A stretch of DNA of 32,074 bases from an uncultured Roseivirgaceae bacterium (GTDB lineage: Bacteria > Bacteroidota > Bacteroidia > Cytophagales > Cyclobacteriaceae), in contig CAZZML010000001.1 of the NCBI GenBank assembly GCA_964654735.1, positions 1-32,074 of the forward strand. Reading direction: 5' to 3'. Position numbers and translations under genes: made by a program. Shown piece by piece: positions 8,627-18,301 of the stretch. The notes under the pieces are model-generated. The model saw only the letters and a list, made by a program, of their open reading frames with translations. It was not told the DNA's origin and did not search any database. Every line of letters begins with the position of its first letter. The stretch's first letter is position 1.

Positions 8627-9603
8627 AAAATTTTTCGCTAATTGGTGCATCTGGTTACATTGGACCAAGGCATTTAAAAGCCATTAAAGCAACTGGGAAT
8701 AATTTACTTGCTGCACTAGATCGATTTGATTCAGTAGGCATAATAGACAGCTATTTTCCTCAGGCGGATTTTTTTACAGAGCCAGAACGTTACGATCGCC
8801 ATATTGAAAAATTGAAATATGATAGAAATGTAAAACTCGATTATGTGAGTATTTGTACGCCTAATTATCTGCATGATTCTCATATTAGAATGGCACTAAG
8901 AAGTGGTTCTGATGCTATTTGCGAAAAGCCTTTAGTACTAAACCCTTGGAACATTGATTCTCTGGAGAAAGTAGAAAAAGAATCTGAAAAAAAAGTATGG
9001 AATATTCTGCAATTGAGAGTACATGAAAGCATTTTAACACTTAAAAAAAATATTGAGAGAGCACCAAAAGACAAAATATTTGATATTGACTTAACATATT
9101 TAACATCTCGTGGAAACTGGTATTATACATCCTGGAAAGGCGATTTATCAAAATCGGGAGGAATAGCTACCAATATAGGTGTACATTTTTATGATATGTT
9201 ATCATGGATATTTGGTGACGTAAAACAAAATATAGTTCATGTTCATGAGCATGACAGAGCATCTGGGTACTTAGAGTTTAGCAGAGCCAGAGTAAGGTGG
9301 TTCTTGTCCATTAATGAGAATGTGCTGCCACAAAAGATTAGAGAGAAAGGCCAAAGAACATATAGGTCTATTAAAATCGAGGGGCAAGAATTAGAATTTA
9401 GCGATGGTTTTACGGATTTACACACTCGGGTGTACCAAGATATTCTTGACGGGAAAGGATATGGCCTTAACGATGCGCGCCAGTCAATAGAAATTGTACA
9501 TGATATCCGTAATGCAAAACCTGTAGGACTTGTAGGCGATTATCATCCCTTTGCAAAATTAGAAAAATCGAATCATCCGTTTGGGAAATTATTTAGTAAA
9601 TAA
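8623..9603 (+). CDS. wbpB: Gfo/Idh/MocA-family NAD-dependent oxidoreductase, WbpB-like (UDP-GlcNAcA 3-dehydrogenase type)
   Basis: N-terminal Rossmann segment (FSLIGASGYIGPRHLKAI), EKP motif (AICEKPLVLN) and conserved ICTPNYLH. ATGA overlap with the WbpD-like gene. Confidence 0.78.
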   Translation: MKNFSLIGASGYIGPRHLKAIKATGNNLLAALDRFDSVGIIDSYFPQADFFTEPERYDRHIEKLKYDRNVKLDYVSICTPNYLHDSHIRMALRSGSDAICEKPLVLNPWNIDSLEKVEKESEKKVWNILQLRVHESILTLKKNIERAPKDKIFDIDLTYLTSRGNWYYTSWKGDLSKSGGIATNIGVHFYDMLSWIFGDVKQNIVHVHEHDRASGYLEFSRARVRWFLSINENVLPQKIREKGQRTYRSIKIEGQELEFSDGFTDLHTRVYQDILDGKGYGLNDARQSIEIVHDIRNAKPVGLVGDYHPFAKLEKSNHPFGKLFSK

Positions 9604-9612
9604 ATAGAGAAT

Positions 9613-10590
9613 ATGAAATTAAAAGATTCTAAAGTATTAGTAATAGGAGGTGCTGGATTTATTGGTGGTTTTGTAGTTGCAGAGTTGTTAAAAAAACAAG
9701 TGAAAGAAGTTATTATTTATGACAATTTTGCACGCGGTAAAATGATAAACATTGCGGAAAGCTTAAAAGATAAAAGGTGCACGATATTTCCATTAGGAGG
9801 AGACGTTCGTGAAATTGACATTTTGGATGCTGCAATGAAAGGTGTTGACTATGTATTTCATTTAGCTGCTATGTGGTTACTGCATTGTAAAGATTTTCCT
9901 CGAACAGCCTTTGATGTAAACATTACAGGCACATTTAATGTGCTGGAGGCCTGTGTAAAAAACAATATAAAAAAACTAATCTATTCTTCGTCAGCATCAG
10001 TCTATGGTGATGCCATTCAAGTGCCAATGACAGAAGATCACCCATTTAATAACAAAAACTTTTACGGAGCTACCAAAATTGCAGGTGAGGCTATGGCTAC
10101 CGCTTATAATGATAGGTTTGGGCTCGAAATAATTGGACTACGCTATATGAATGTGTACGGGCCTGGGCAAGATCAACATGCGGTCTATAGTGGGGTTGTG
10201 CCAATAATGCTTAATAAAATTGAAGAAGGCGAACAGCCAGTGATTAATGGTGACGGTAGTCAATCGTACGATTTTATTTATGTAGAAGATGTAGCCATTT
10301 CAAATATTACCGCACTGGAATCTGACACAAAAGTAGGATTTTATAATGTAGGAACGGAAGTTCAAACTTCTGTAAAGGAATTATGTGATACAATACTTGA
10401 ATTAAAAAATTCAAGATTAAAGGTAAAATATATCCCATATTCTGCTGATGATGCCAGGGCTTTAGTTCAAAACAGAATTGGTTCGAGGAAAAAAGCAGAA
10501 CAAGAGATTGATTTTAAATATAATTACCCATTAAATACTGGCCTCCAAATGCTAATCGACTGGAGAAAATCAGTTGGGATTGATAAGTAA
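9613..10590 (+). CDS. NAD-dependent sugar-nucleotide epimerase/dehydratase (extended SDR)
   Basis: GGAGFIGG dinucleotide-binding motif, SSSASVYG, catalytic YGATK (YxxxK), and RYMNVYGPGQ, which is typical of extended SDRs. The exact reaction is not assignable from sequence. Confidence 0.85.
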   Translation: MKLKDSKVLVIGGAGFIGGFVVAELLKKQVKEVIIYDNFARGKMINIAESLKDKRCTIFPLGGDVREIDILDAAMKGVDYVFHLAAMWLLHCKDFPRTAFDVNITGTFNVLEACVKNNIKKLIYSSSASVYGDAIQVPMTEDHPFNNKNFYGATKIAGEAMATAYNDRFGLEIIGLRYMNVYGPGQDQHAVYSGVVPIMLNKIEEGEQPVINGDGSQSYDFIYVEDVAISNITALESDTKVGFYNVGTEVQTSVKELCDTILELKNSRLKVKYIPYSADDARALVQNRIGSRKKAEQEIDFKYNYPLNTGLQMLIDWRKSVGIDK

Positions 10591-10596
10591 ATTAAT

Positions 10597-11700
10597 ATGA
10601 ACATTCCACTCATAAAGCCATTTATTAACCAAGAAATAAAGGATAAAGTCATAGCAGTTTTAGAAAGCGGCTACCTTACCGAAGGGTCTGTAACCAAGGA
10701 ATTTGAAAATAAACTAAAAGCCTATATAGGCTGTAAGCATTTGTTGGCAGTTACTTCCGCAACAACAGGGCTTGAGGTGGCGTTAAGAGCTTTAAAAATT
10801 GGTGTAGGTGACGAAGTTATAGTGCCTGATTATACATATCCAGCAACAGCTGCAGTAGTTCCAATTGTGGGTGCTAAGGCAGTAATTATTGATGTATGTA
10901 AGCAAAACATGTTAATAGATTATGATGCACTTGAAGCTGCTATTACCTCTTACACTAGAGCTATCATACCCGTATCCTTATTTGGGTCGCCACTTGATTA
11001 CGATCGATTAAATAAAATAAAGAAAAAGCATAACATTTACATTATAGAAGATGCCGCATGCTCGATTGGAGCCTCATTTAGCGGAGAAAAAGTTGGAAAC
11101 CAGGCTGATATAACTGTTTTTTCTTTACATCCAAGAAAGTTTATTACTACTGGTGAAGGCGGGGTAATAACTACAAACAATAAAGAATGGGCTAATTGGA
11201 TGAATTCTTATAAGCACTTTGGTATGAATATGAATAACTCTTCAAGAGAAGGTATTGAATTTGATATTATAGGAACGAATTACAAATTATCAAATCTTCA
11301 AGCTGCTGTTGGGTTAGGCCAGCTAAATCATATAAATACACTACTGGCTAAAAGAATAGAGTTGGCAAATAACTACATTCAAATTTTTAACAAAATGGAC
11401 GGTATTAGCCTGCCAACCACACTAGAAAATGGGCAGCATTCTTACCAAACCTTTATTGTTTTTGTAAAGCAAAGAGACCGGGTAATGAAGGAAATGAGAG
11501 CAAAAGGGATTGAAGTGCAAATTGGTACTTACTCGCTGCATATGCACAAAGCTTTTAAAAGCAACGACTTGGTAAGCATTAGTGGGAAAACGAAAAATAG
11601 TGAATGGTGCTATACCCATGCATTGGCTCTTCCGTTATTTAACGACCTCACCAAAGAAACACAACAAATTATAGTACAGGAATTACAACGTTGCCTCTAA
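10597..11700 (+). CDS. Second DegT/DnrJ/EryC1-family PLP-dependent aminotransferase
   Basis: IPLIKP start, AVTSATTGLEVALRAL, EVIVPDYTYPATA, IIEDAACSIGA, and FSLHPRKFITTGEGG containing the PLP lysine. Confidence 0.85.
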   Translation: MNIPLIKPFINQEIKDKVIAVLESGYLTEGSVTKEFENKLKAYIGCKHLLAVTSATTGLEVALRALKIGVGDEVIVPDYTYPATAAVVPIVGAKAVIIDVCKQNMLIDYDALEAAITSYTRAIIPVSLFGSPLDYDRLNKIKKKHNIYIIEDAACSIGASFSGEKVGNQADITVFSLHPRKFITTGEGGVITTNNKEWANWMNSYKHFGMNMNNSSREGIEFDIIGTNYKLSNLQAAVGLGQLNHINTLLAKRIELANNYIQIFNKMDGISLPTTLENGQHSYQTFIVFVKQRDRVMKEMRAKGIEVQIGTYSLHMHKAFKSNDLVSISGKTKNSEWCYTHALALPLFNDLTKETQQIIVQELQRCL

Positions 11701-11701
11701 T

Positions 11702-13603
11702 ATGTGCGGAATATTAGGTCAGTTCAACCTAAATCAAAAACCAGTACATCGAGGTAGTTTTTCTTCTATGCTAAATAAAATAGCCCATCGAGGCCCCGAT
11801 GGAGATGGGATGTATGTTAAAGATTGTATCGGTTTAGGTCATACACGATTAGCTGTTTTAGATACAAGCCAAAAAGGAGCACAACCCATGGCCTCTAAAG
11901 ATGGAAAATGGGTTATTGTGTTTAATGGCTGCATCTATAATTTTTCTGAATTAAAAATGGAACTTAAAGCAAAGGGGCACACATTTACATCTGAAACTGA
12001 TACTGAAGTTATAGCCGAAGGTCTTTCGGCTTATGGGTCTTCTTTTTTCGAGAGGTTAAACGGAATGTTTGCTATTGGCGCATGGAATACAGATACACAA
12101 GAGTTAACTTTAAGCAGAGACAGGTTTGGAATTAAGCCTTTGTATTATTGGTTTAATAACGATGTTATTTGTTTTTCAAGCGAAATTAAGGCTATTATTA
12201 CCCATCCTGACTATGAAATAGATGTTGATTTGGATGCATTGAATGAATATTTCACTTTTCAAAATGTATTTTCTTTTAACACATTATTTAAAGGAGTAAC
12301 TATGTTGCCTCCTGCTAATACAGTTACGGTTACAACAGACTCTCAATTTGTAAAACATGAGTCGTGGTGGGACTATGATTTTACACAACCAGATGAAAAC
12401 ATGTCGTTTGAGTTTGCTAAAACCGAAACCAAAAGACTTTTTGAACAAGCAGTTACCCGCCAAATGATTGCTGATGTTCCTGTAGGTTCTTATCTATCAG
12501 GGGGGATGGATTCCGGTTCTATTACAGCTATTGCCTCTAAACATGTAGATAGGTTATCCACTTTTACATGTGGATTTGATATGAGCGAAGTTACCGGAAG
12601 AGAGACAAATTTTGATGAAAGAAGAGATGCCGAATTAATGGCTAATCATTTTAAAACTGAGCATTTTGAACAGGTAATGAATGCTGGTGACATAAGGTGG
12701 TCATTGCCACGCTTAGTGTATCATTTAGAGGATCTTCGTGTGGGCATGTCATACCCCAATTATTACATTTCAAGGCTAGCCTCTAAGTTTGTAAAAGTAT
12801 GCTTACAAGGTACCGGAGGAGATGAATTGTTTGGAGGGTACCCATGGCGGTATTACAAAGTGTTTGATTCGTTGAATCAAAAACAGTTTTTTGACCAATA
12901 CTATGGTTTTTGGCAGAGATTAGTACCTGATGAAGAGAAAGAAGAGCTGTTTACCGATTTAGTGTATGCTAAAATAGATAAATCAAAGCCTAGAAGAGTT
13001 TTTGAAAATGTATTCAAATTCAATAAAAAACTTAAGTATGATACACCAGAGGAACATATTGGAAACTCACTTTATTTCGAAATTAAAACGTTTTTGCCCG
13101 GTTTATTTTTAATTGGAGATAAATTGGCAATGGCACATGGATTAGAAGAACGCTTTCCTTTTATGGACAATGATTTGGTAGATTTTGCCATGAAAGTACC
13201 TGTAAAACATAAACTTGGTAATTTAAGCAAAGAAATTGATCAAATTGATGAAAATGAAACAGGCGACTCTAAAAAGAAGTTGTCTTACCGCGAATATGAC
13301 GATGGTAAGAATGTACTACGCAAAGCAATGCAAGATTTTATACCTGAATCTATAATTAATAGAAAAAAGCAGGGATTCTCTGCACCCGATGAAAGCTGGT
13401 ACAGAGGTGAAAATGCTGAATATGTTAAGGAATTATTGCTCGGTGATCACCTAGCAAGTTCACCATACATAGATCAGAATTATATTCGAAAAATTGTTCA
13501 CGAACATATTGATGATCAAATCAACCATCGATTATTAATTTGGTCTTTTATGAATTTTGAGTGGTGGTGTAGGATATTTTTAAACAAAGAAAAAGTTGGA
13601 TAG
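11702..13603 (+). CDS. Asparagine synthase (glutamine-hydrolysing) family amidotransferase, locus-embedded paralog
   Basis: MCGILG N-terminal Cys nucleophile of the class II glutamine amidotransferase domain. PP-loop SGGMDSGS in the synthetase domain. Length 633 aa. It starts 1 nt after the previous stop codon. Confidence 0.9.
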   Translation: MCGILGQFNLNQKPVHRGSFSSMLNKIAHRGPDGDGMYVKDCIGLGHTRLAVLDTSQKGAQPMASKDGKWVIVFNGCIYNFSELKMELKAKGHTFTSETDTEVIAEGLSAYGSSFFERLNGMFAIGAWNTDTQELTLSRDRFGIKPLYYWFNNDVICFSSEIKAIITHPDYEIDVDLDALNEYFTFQNVFSFNTLFKGVTMLPPANTVTVTTDSQFVKHESWWDYDFTQPDENMSFEFAKTETKRLFEQAVTRQMIADVPVGSYLSGGMDSGSITAIASKHVDRLSTFTCGFDMSEVTGRETNFDERRDAELMANHFKTEHFEQVMNAGDIRWSLPRLVYHLEDLRVGMSYPNYYISRLASKFVKVCLQGTGGDELFGGYPWRYYKVFDSLNQKQFFDQYYGFWQRLVPDEEKEELFTDLVYAKIDKSKPRRVFENVFKFNKKLKYDTPEEHIGNSLYFEIKTFLPGLFLIGDKLAMAHGLEERFPFMDNDLVDFAMKVPVKHKLGNLSKEIDQIDENETGDSKKKLSYREYDDGKNVLRKAMQDFIPESIINRKKQGFSAPDESWYRGENAEYVKELLLGDHLASSPYIDQNYIRKIVHEHIDDQINHRLLIWSFMNFEWWCRIFLNKEKVG

Positions 13604-14090
13604 GCTAATAAAATACTTACGAATAAAACGAGATGAATTAAAAAATAACTTTAATCGCGTTTTACCTGTTGGGGAAATGTTATTTGACCGTTGGGAAAAG
13701 GCCAAATATCTAGGTTTTGGCGAAGGTGCAAGTATTTATGATAGTGCTGTTGTAATTGGTGTTGTTAAGGTAGGGAAAAATACATGGGTTGGGCCAAATA
13801 CAGTACTAGACGGTTCTGGTAAGTTAGCAATTGGTAACAATTGTTCAATATCTGCGGGTGTACAAATTTATAGTCACGATACTGTGAAATGGGCGATTTC
13901 TGGTGGTAAAATGCCTTATGAATATGCGGAAACAGTTATTGAAGACAATTGTTACATTGGACCAAATACAGTTATTGCCAAGGGAGTTAAGATTGAGAAG
14001 GGAGCCGTTGTTGGTGCCAATAGCTTTGTGAAAAGTAATTTTCCTCCAGATAGTAAAATTGCTGGAAACCCTGCTGTACTCATAAAATAA
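13596..14090 (+). CDS. Hexapeptide-repeat acyl/acetyltransferase
   Basis: Left-handed beta-helix repeats ([67 protein letters not shown]). The track start is TTG and overlaps the asnB-like stop by 8 nt. The true start is uncertain, since an internal Met occurs at MLFDRWEK. Confidence 0.75.
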   Translation: MDRLIKYLRIKRDELKNNFNRVLPVGEMLFDRWEKAKYLGFGEGASIYDSAVVIGVVKVGKNTWVGPNTVLDGSGKLAIGNNCSISAGVQIYSHDTVKWAISGGKMPYEYAETVIEDNCYIGPNTVIAKGVKIEKGAVVGANSFVKSNFPPDSKIAGNPAVLIK

Positions 14091-15265
14091 TGAGACAGTT
14101 AGAGCCCAATATCTTAAATGCTACTGTTAAAATTTGCACCAATTGCATTTACGATGAGCGTGTAAATGGGATTTCTTTCGATAATAACGGTGTTTGTAAT
14201 TACTGCCGGCAAATAAACTCGTTAATAGAGGAGTATGGAACTGGCGAGAAAAAAGGAGAGCATGTTTTTTTTAATCTAATAGAAAAGATTAAGAAAGATG
14301 GAAGAAATAAAAAGTATGATTGTGTAATAGGAGTAAGTGGAGGAACCGACTCTTCTTACATGCTTTACTTAGCAAAAAAGTGGAAATTAAGACCACTTGC
14401 AGTACACTATGATAATACTTGGAACAGCGCAATTGCCACAGAAAACATACGTAAAGTACTCGGTGCCCTAAATATTGATTTATATACTCATGTTGTAAAT
14501 AACATAGAGGTAGATGATATTTTTAAATCTTTTTTTAAAGCAAGTGTAGCAGAAATAGAAGCTTCAACAGATTTAGCTTTAGCCGAAACTTTGTATCGTG
14601 CAGCAGCTAAACATGGAGTAAAGTATGTGTTTGAGGGGCATTCGTTTGTAACGGAGGGTATAACTCCTGTTGGAAGGAACTACTTTGATGGGAAGTACAT
14701 AAGTTCAATTCATAAAAAATTTGGCACAACTAAAATAAAATCTTATCCATTAATGACGTTTAGTCGTTTTTTATATTGGACAATATTTAAAAGGATTCGA
14801 AAAATAAGACCATTTTGGTATTTAGATTACAATAAAGAAGCAGCTAGAGAGTTTTTAGAAAAAAATTATAACTGGAAGTATTATGGTGGGCATCATTTAG
14901 AAAATAGAATGACGGCATTTTACCATAGCTATTATATGCCAACTAAATTTAATTCAGATTTAAGGAATAATACATTATCTGCCAAAGCGCGGAACAAACA
15001 AATTTCTAGAAAGGATGCTTGGGCCGAGTATAACACAGAACCATTATTAGAAGATGGCTTATTAGATTATTTTAAAAAGAGATTAAAACTATCGGACGAA
15101 CAATTTATGGGTATAATGGCGCGACCTCCTAAGTCTTGGTATGAATACCCTACCTATAAAAAGCGATTTGAATTTTTACGCCCGCTATTTTTTGTGTTGG
15201 CAAAATCTAATTTGGTTCCTATGAGTTTCTACCTTAAGTATTGTTTCCCATCGGTTAAAAATTGA
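14090..15265 (+). CDS. N-acetyl sugar amidotransferase (WbuX/WbpG/LfnA type, PP-loop ATPase)
   Basis: N-terminal Cys-rich element (CTNCIYDERVNGISFDNNGVCNYCRQ) followed by the PP-loop GVSGGTDSSYMLYLA. It lies immediately upstream of hisH/hisF paralogs, which is the characteristic arrangement for this family. TAATGA stop/start junction. Confidence 0.85.
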   Translation: MRQLEPNILNATVKICTNCIYDERVNGISFDNNGVCNYCRQINSLIEEYGTGEKKGEHVFFNLIEKIKKDGRNKKYDCVIGVSGGTDSSYMLYLAKKWKLRPLAVHYDNTWNSAIATENIRKVLGALNIDLYTHVVNNIEVDDIFKSFFKASVAEIEASTDLALAETLYRAAAKHGVKYVFEGHSFVTEGITPVGRNYFDGKYISSIHKKFGTTKIKSYPLMTFSRFLYWTIFKRIRKIRPFWYLDYNKEAAREFLEKNYNWKYYGGHHLENRMTAFYHSYYMPTKFNSDLRNNTLSAKARNKQISRKDAWAEYNTEPLLEDGLLDYFKKRLKLSDEQFMGIMARPPKSWYEYPTYKKRFEFLRPLFFVLAKSNLVPMSFYLKYCFPSVKN

Positions 15266-15269
15266 GTAA

Positions 15270-15878
15270 ATGATAACAATTATAGACTATGGGGTGGGCA
15301 ATTTAGGTTCTGTTTATAATATGTTTAAAAGAATTGGAGTAAAATCAAAAATTACTTCGGATAGGGCTGAAATTGAAAATGCAACGAAGCTATTGCTTCC
15401 GGGCGTTGGTTCGTTTGATTATGCTATGAACAAGTTGAACTCGTCAGGTATTCGAAAAACGTTAGATGCAAAAGTACTGGAAGATAAAGTACCTGTTCTT
15501 GGAATTTGCCTTGGTATGCAGTTATTAACCCATGGAAGTGAAGAAGGAACAGAAAAAGGCTTGGGTTGGATAGAGGCAGACACCATCAAATTTATTCCTA
15601 CCGATAACACTGTAAAAGTACCCCATATGGGGTGGAATGTTGTGCAGCCCTCTACAGCAAGTGAATTAACCAGAAAACTTCCATTAGACTCTCGGTTCTA
15701 TTTTGTTCATTCATATTATGTAAAGGTAAAAAGTCAAGCAAATTCTATTTTAAAAACTAAGTATGCACTTGAATTTGATTCTGCCATACAGCACGATAAC
15801 ATATTTGGGGTTCAGTTTCACCCTGAGAAAAGCCATAAATATGGCATGAAACTCTTCGAAAATTTTTCTAAATTATAG
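15270..15878 (+). CDS. hisH: Imidazole-glycerol-phosphate-synthase-like glutaminase subunit (HisH paralog of LPS/capsule loci)
   Basis: ITIIDYGVGNLGSV start, catalytic Cys in GICLGMQLL, His/Glu in QFHPEKS. Length about 200 aa. Confidence 0.9.
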   Translation: MITIIDYGVGNLGSVYNMFKRIGVKSKITSDRAEIENATKLLLPGVGSFDYAMNKLNSSGIRKTLDAKVLEDKVPVLGICLGMQLLTHGSEEGTEKGLGWIEADTIKFIPTDNTVKVPHMGWNVVQPSTASELTRKLPLDSRFYFVHSYYVKVKSQANSILKTKYALEFDSAIQHDNIFGVQFHPEKSHKYGMKLFENFSKL

Positions 15879-15880
15879 CA

Positions 15881-16642
15881 TTGCTCCGAACCAGGGTTAT
15901 ACCGTGTTTACTACTAAGAGAAGATGCCTTGGTAAAAACTATAAAGTTTAAAAAATACAACTACATAGGTGATCCTGAAAATACCGTTCGAATTTTTAAT
16001 GAACTTGAAGTAGATGAACTGGTTTTTTTAGATATTTTAGCGAGCAAAACAAATCAAAAAATAAAGTTTAATACGCTTAAAAATATTGCGGCCGAAGCAT
16101 TTATGCCACTGGCGTATGGAGGTGGAATACGAACGTTTGAAGAGGCAAAAAAAATTCTTTCCATTGGGTATGAAAAGCTGATTATAAATTCAAGCGCAGT
16201 CGAAAGCCCTGAGTTTATTACTGAATTATCTATGCACTTTGGAAATCAGAGTATTATTGGGTCTATTGATGTAAAAAAGAATTTTTTTGGAAAGTATAAA
16301 GTTGTAACTCATGGTGCTTCAAAAAAAACAGGGTTAGACCCTGTAGAGTGGGCAGTAGAATTGGAAAAAAGGGGAGTAGGCGAATTGCTCATTACCTCGG
16401 TAGATAAAGAAGGAACCTGGAATGGATATGATGTGGAGTTAATCAAGCAGATTTCTAAACATGTTACCGTTCCAGTGGTGGCAAATGGAGGGGCTGCTAG
16501 TGTAGAGAACATTCAAGAGGTTGTCAAAGTTGGAGGAGCTTCAGCAGCTGCAGTGGGCAGCATGGTAGTTTATCAAAAAAAGGGGTACGGGGTATTGGTC
16601 AATTTTCCTGATAATTCGGAATTAGAAAAGTTATTGGAATGA
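15881..16642 (+). CDS. hisF: HisF-like cyclase subunit (HisF2/AglZ-type acetamidino modification protein)
   Basis: RVIPCLLL, DELVFLDI, YGGGIRTFEEAK, and VANGGAAS ... AAAVGSMVVY, all typical of the HisF (beta/alpha)8 barrel. The TTG start at 15881 is forced: an in-frame TAA at 15869-15871 precedes it and no ATG or GTG lies between. Confidence 0.9.
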   Translation: MLRTRVIPCLLLREDALVKTIKFKKYNYIGDPENTVRIFNELEVDELVFLDILASKTNQKIKFNTLKNIAAEAFMPLAYGGGIRTFEEAKKILSIGYEKLIINSSAVESPEFITELSMHFGNQSIIGSIDVKKNFFGKYKVVTHGASKKTGLDPVEWAVELEKRGVGELLITSVDKEGTWNGYDVELIKQISKHVTVPVVANGGAASVENIQEVVKVGGASAAAVGSMVVYQKKGYGVLVNFPDNSELEKLLE

Positions 16643-17352
16643 AAAAGCTTAAATGGACTTTTGATTATATAAAAGATGAATATCAAGTGCTAAAAAATAA
16701 CGGATACTCATTTATTACGTGTGAAGATTACTATTTGAAAAAATATAACTTGAAAAGCAAGACCGTTGTGAATAGGGTAGATATTGATTTTTCGTTAAAA
16801 AAAACGGATGTGCTATTAGATATTTTTGAAGAATTGGAGATCAAAGCATCATTTTTTTTAAGACTTCATGCTCCTGAATATAACCCGTTTTCTTTTGAAT
16901 CTTACCGAATTATAAAACGATTAATAGCAAACGGGCACGAGTTAGGCTACCATTCTGAAATAATAGACCAAGCCGTTATATGGAATGAAGAACCTGAAAA
17001 CTGTTTAATTCGTGATATACAAGTAATGGAAAAAGCGTTTGAAATTAGGGTGAAAGGTGTAGCCAGCCATGGAGGCAATACAGGTTTAAATAATTTAGAG
17101 TTTTGGAAAGACAAGAAGGCTTTGGATTATGGACTTTTGTATGAAGCCTATGACCATCAACCAGCATTTAATCTGTTTCAGGAAGCTTTTTATATTTCAG
17201 ATTCTGAATGGACACAATGGAAGTGTTATAATAAAGGAAAACTACTTGTAAATGATAGACGCTCACCGTCAGAACATTCTTTAAGCGGTCATAACCTAAT
17301 TCATTTATTAATTCATCCTGACACCTATTATAACCGGCATATTTATGAATAG
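16639..17352 (+). CDS. Polysaccharide-deacetylase-like (NodB/CE4-like) protein, divergent
   Basis: NRVDIDFSLKKTDVLLDIFEELEIKASFFL resembles CE4 motif 1 and the following strand. GHELGYHSE resembles the His motif. GVASHGG occurs downstream. The canonical TFDD and RxPY motifs are not evident, so this call is tentative. ATGA overlap with hisF. Confidence 0.4.
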   Translation: MKKLKWTFDYIKDEYQVLKNNGYSFITCEDYYLKKYNLKSKTVVNRVDIDFSLKKTDVLLDIFEELEIKASFFLRLHAPEYNPFSFESYRIIKRLIANGHELGYHSEIIDQAVIWNEEPENCLIRDIQVMEKAFEIRVKGVASHGGNTGLNNLEFWKDKKALDYGLLYEAYDHQPAFNLFQEAFYISDSEWTQWKCYNKGKLLVNDRRSPSEHSLSGHNLIHLLIHPDTYYNRHIYE

Positions 17353-18301
17353 TGTTTTGGGTAAAAAAGGTAAGTTTGATGAGGTCGATGAATTTATCTT
17401 TTTAAATGATTTAAATCAACACCTGATTGAATTTGACAGAAAATTATTAAGAAATAGCCTAACTGAGCAATACCCTAATGTTTTTTTATTCGGTCTTCCA
17501 CGGTCAGGCACAACTATGCTATCGCAGGTTTTATATAATAACCTAAATATTTCTACTTTTAATAACTTGGCAGCGCGTTTTTGGGATGCACCACTCGTAG
17601 GATTACATTTTTCTAACACAGTATTAAAAAAGGATAAAAAAGATAACTATACTTCAAATTTTGGCTCAACAATGGATATGAATTCACCCCATGAGTTTTC
17701 CTATTTTTGGAGAAAGCACTTGCTGGTAGATGAATTGCTAGAAAGCTTAGATGTGGCTAAAGTTGGCAATAGTATAAACTGGCAAAGGCTATTTAAATAT
17801 TTAATAAATTTTAATCATATAAATAGATCACCTTTTGTTTATAAAACAATGGAATATACGGGTTTATACATTGATTATTTTTTAAAATATTTTAGTAAGT
17901 CATATTTTATTTATATTCAAAGAGATTACTTATCTGTAGCTAAATCCATTTATAGTGCTTGGGTTTTAAATACAACAGGAAAGAACGATTGGTGGGGAAG
18001 TGCTCCTCTGGAGTATAGAAAGTTAATGGGTTTGCCATTGGTGGATAAAGTTGTTGGCCAGATGTACTACTTGGATAAAATGTATAAGATAGCTTTAAAT
18101 AAAATTCCGGACAATAGACTTATTAAGGTACAGTACACTGACTTGTGCCAACATCCTAATGATTTATTGATGAAAATTAATGACTTAATAAAAATCCCTG
18201 TTCTTTCTTCTCCATCTAGTTTTGAAATCTCAAATTCATCAGTTGATAAAAATATAGAGCAAAGGATTGTTGAACTGTTAAAAATATATAAATTATCATG
18301 A
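17345..18301 (+). CDS. Sulfotransferase-family protein (PAPS-dependent type)
   Basis: 5-prime-phosphosulfate-binding loop LPRSGTTMLSQVL and a 3-prime-phosphate-binding-like motif IQRDYLSVAKS (the R-D-x-x-x-x-x-x-S pattern). Length about 320 aa. It overlaps the upstream gene by 8 nt. Confidence 0.7.
   Translation: MNSVLGKKGKFDEVDEFIFLNDLNQHLIEFDRKLLRNSLTEQYPNVFLFGLPRSGTTMLSQVLYNNLNISTFNNLAARFWDAPLVGLHFSNTVLKKDKKDNYTSNFGSTMDMNSPHEFSYFWRKHLLVDELLESLDVAKVGNSINWQRLFKYLINFNHINRSPFVYKTMEYTGLYIDYFLKYFSKSYFIYIQRDYLSVAKSIYSAWVLNTTGKNDWWGSAPLEYRKLMGLPLVDKVVGQMYYLDKMYKIALNKIPDNRLIKVQYTDLCQHPNDLLMKINDLIKIPVLSSPSSFEISNSSVDKNIEQRIVELLKIYKLS

Noticed and set aside
3993-9425. Minus-strand ORFs of 60-89 aa inside wza, wzc and the WbpB-like gene (3993..4199, 4910..5179, 6536..6721, 8880..9074, 9243..9425)
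   Set aside because: Each is fully embedded antisense in a CDS with strong family motifs, and none has independent support.
15270-16642. hisH/hisF as part of a histidine biosynthesis operon
   Set aside because: No other his genes are adjacent. The pair directly follows a WbuX/WbpG-type amidotransferase within a glycan locus, which is the known context for dedicated HisH/HisF paralogs.
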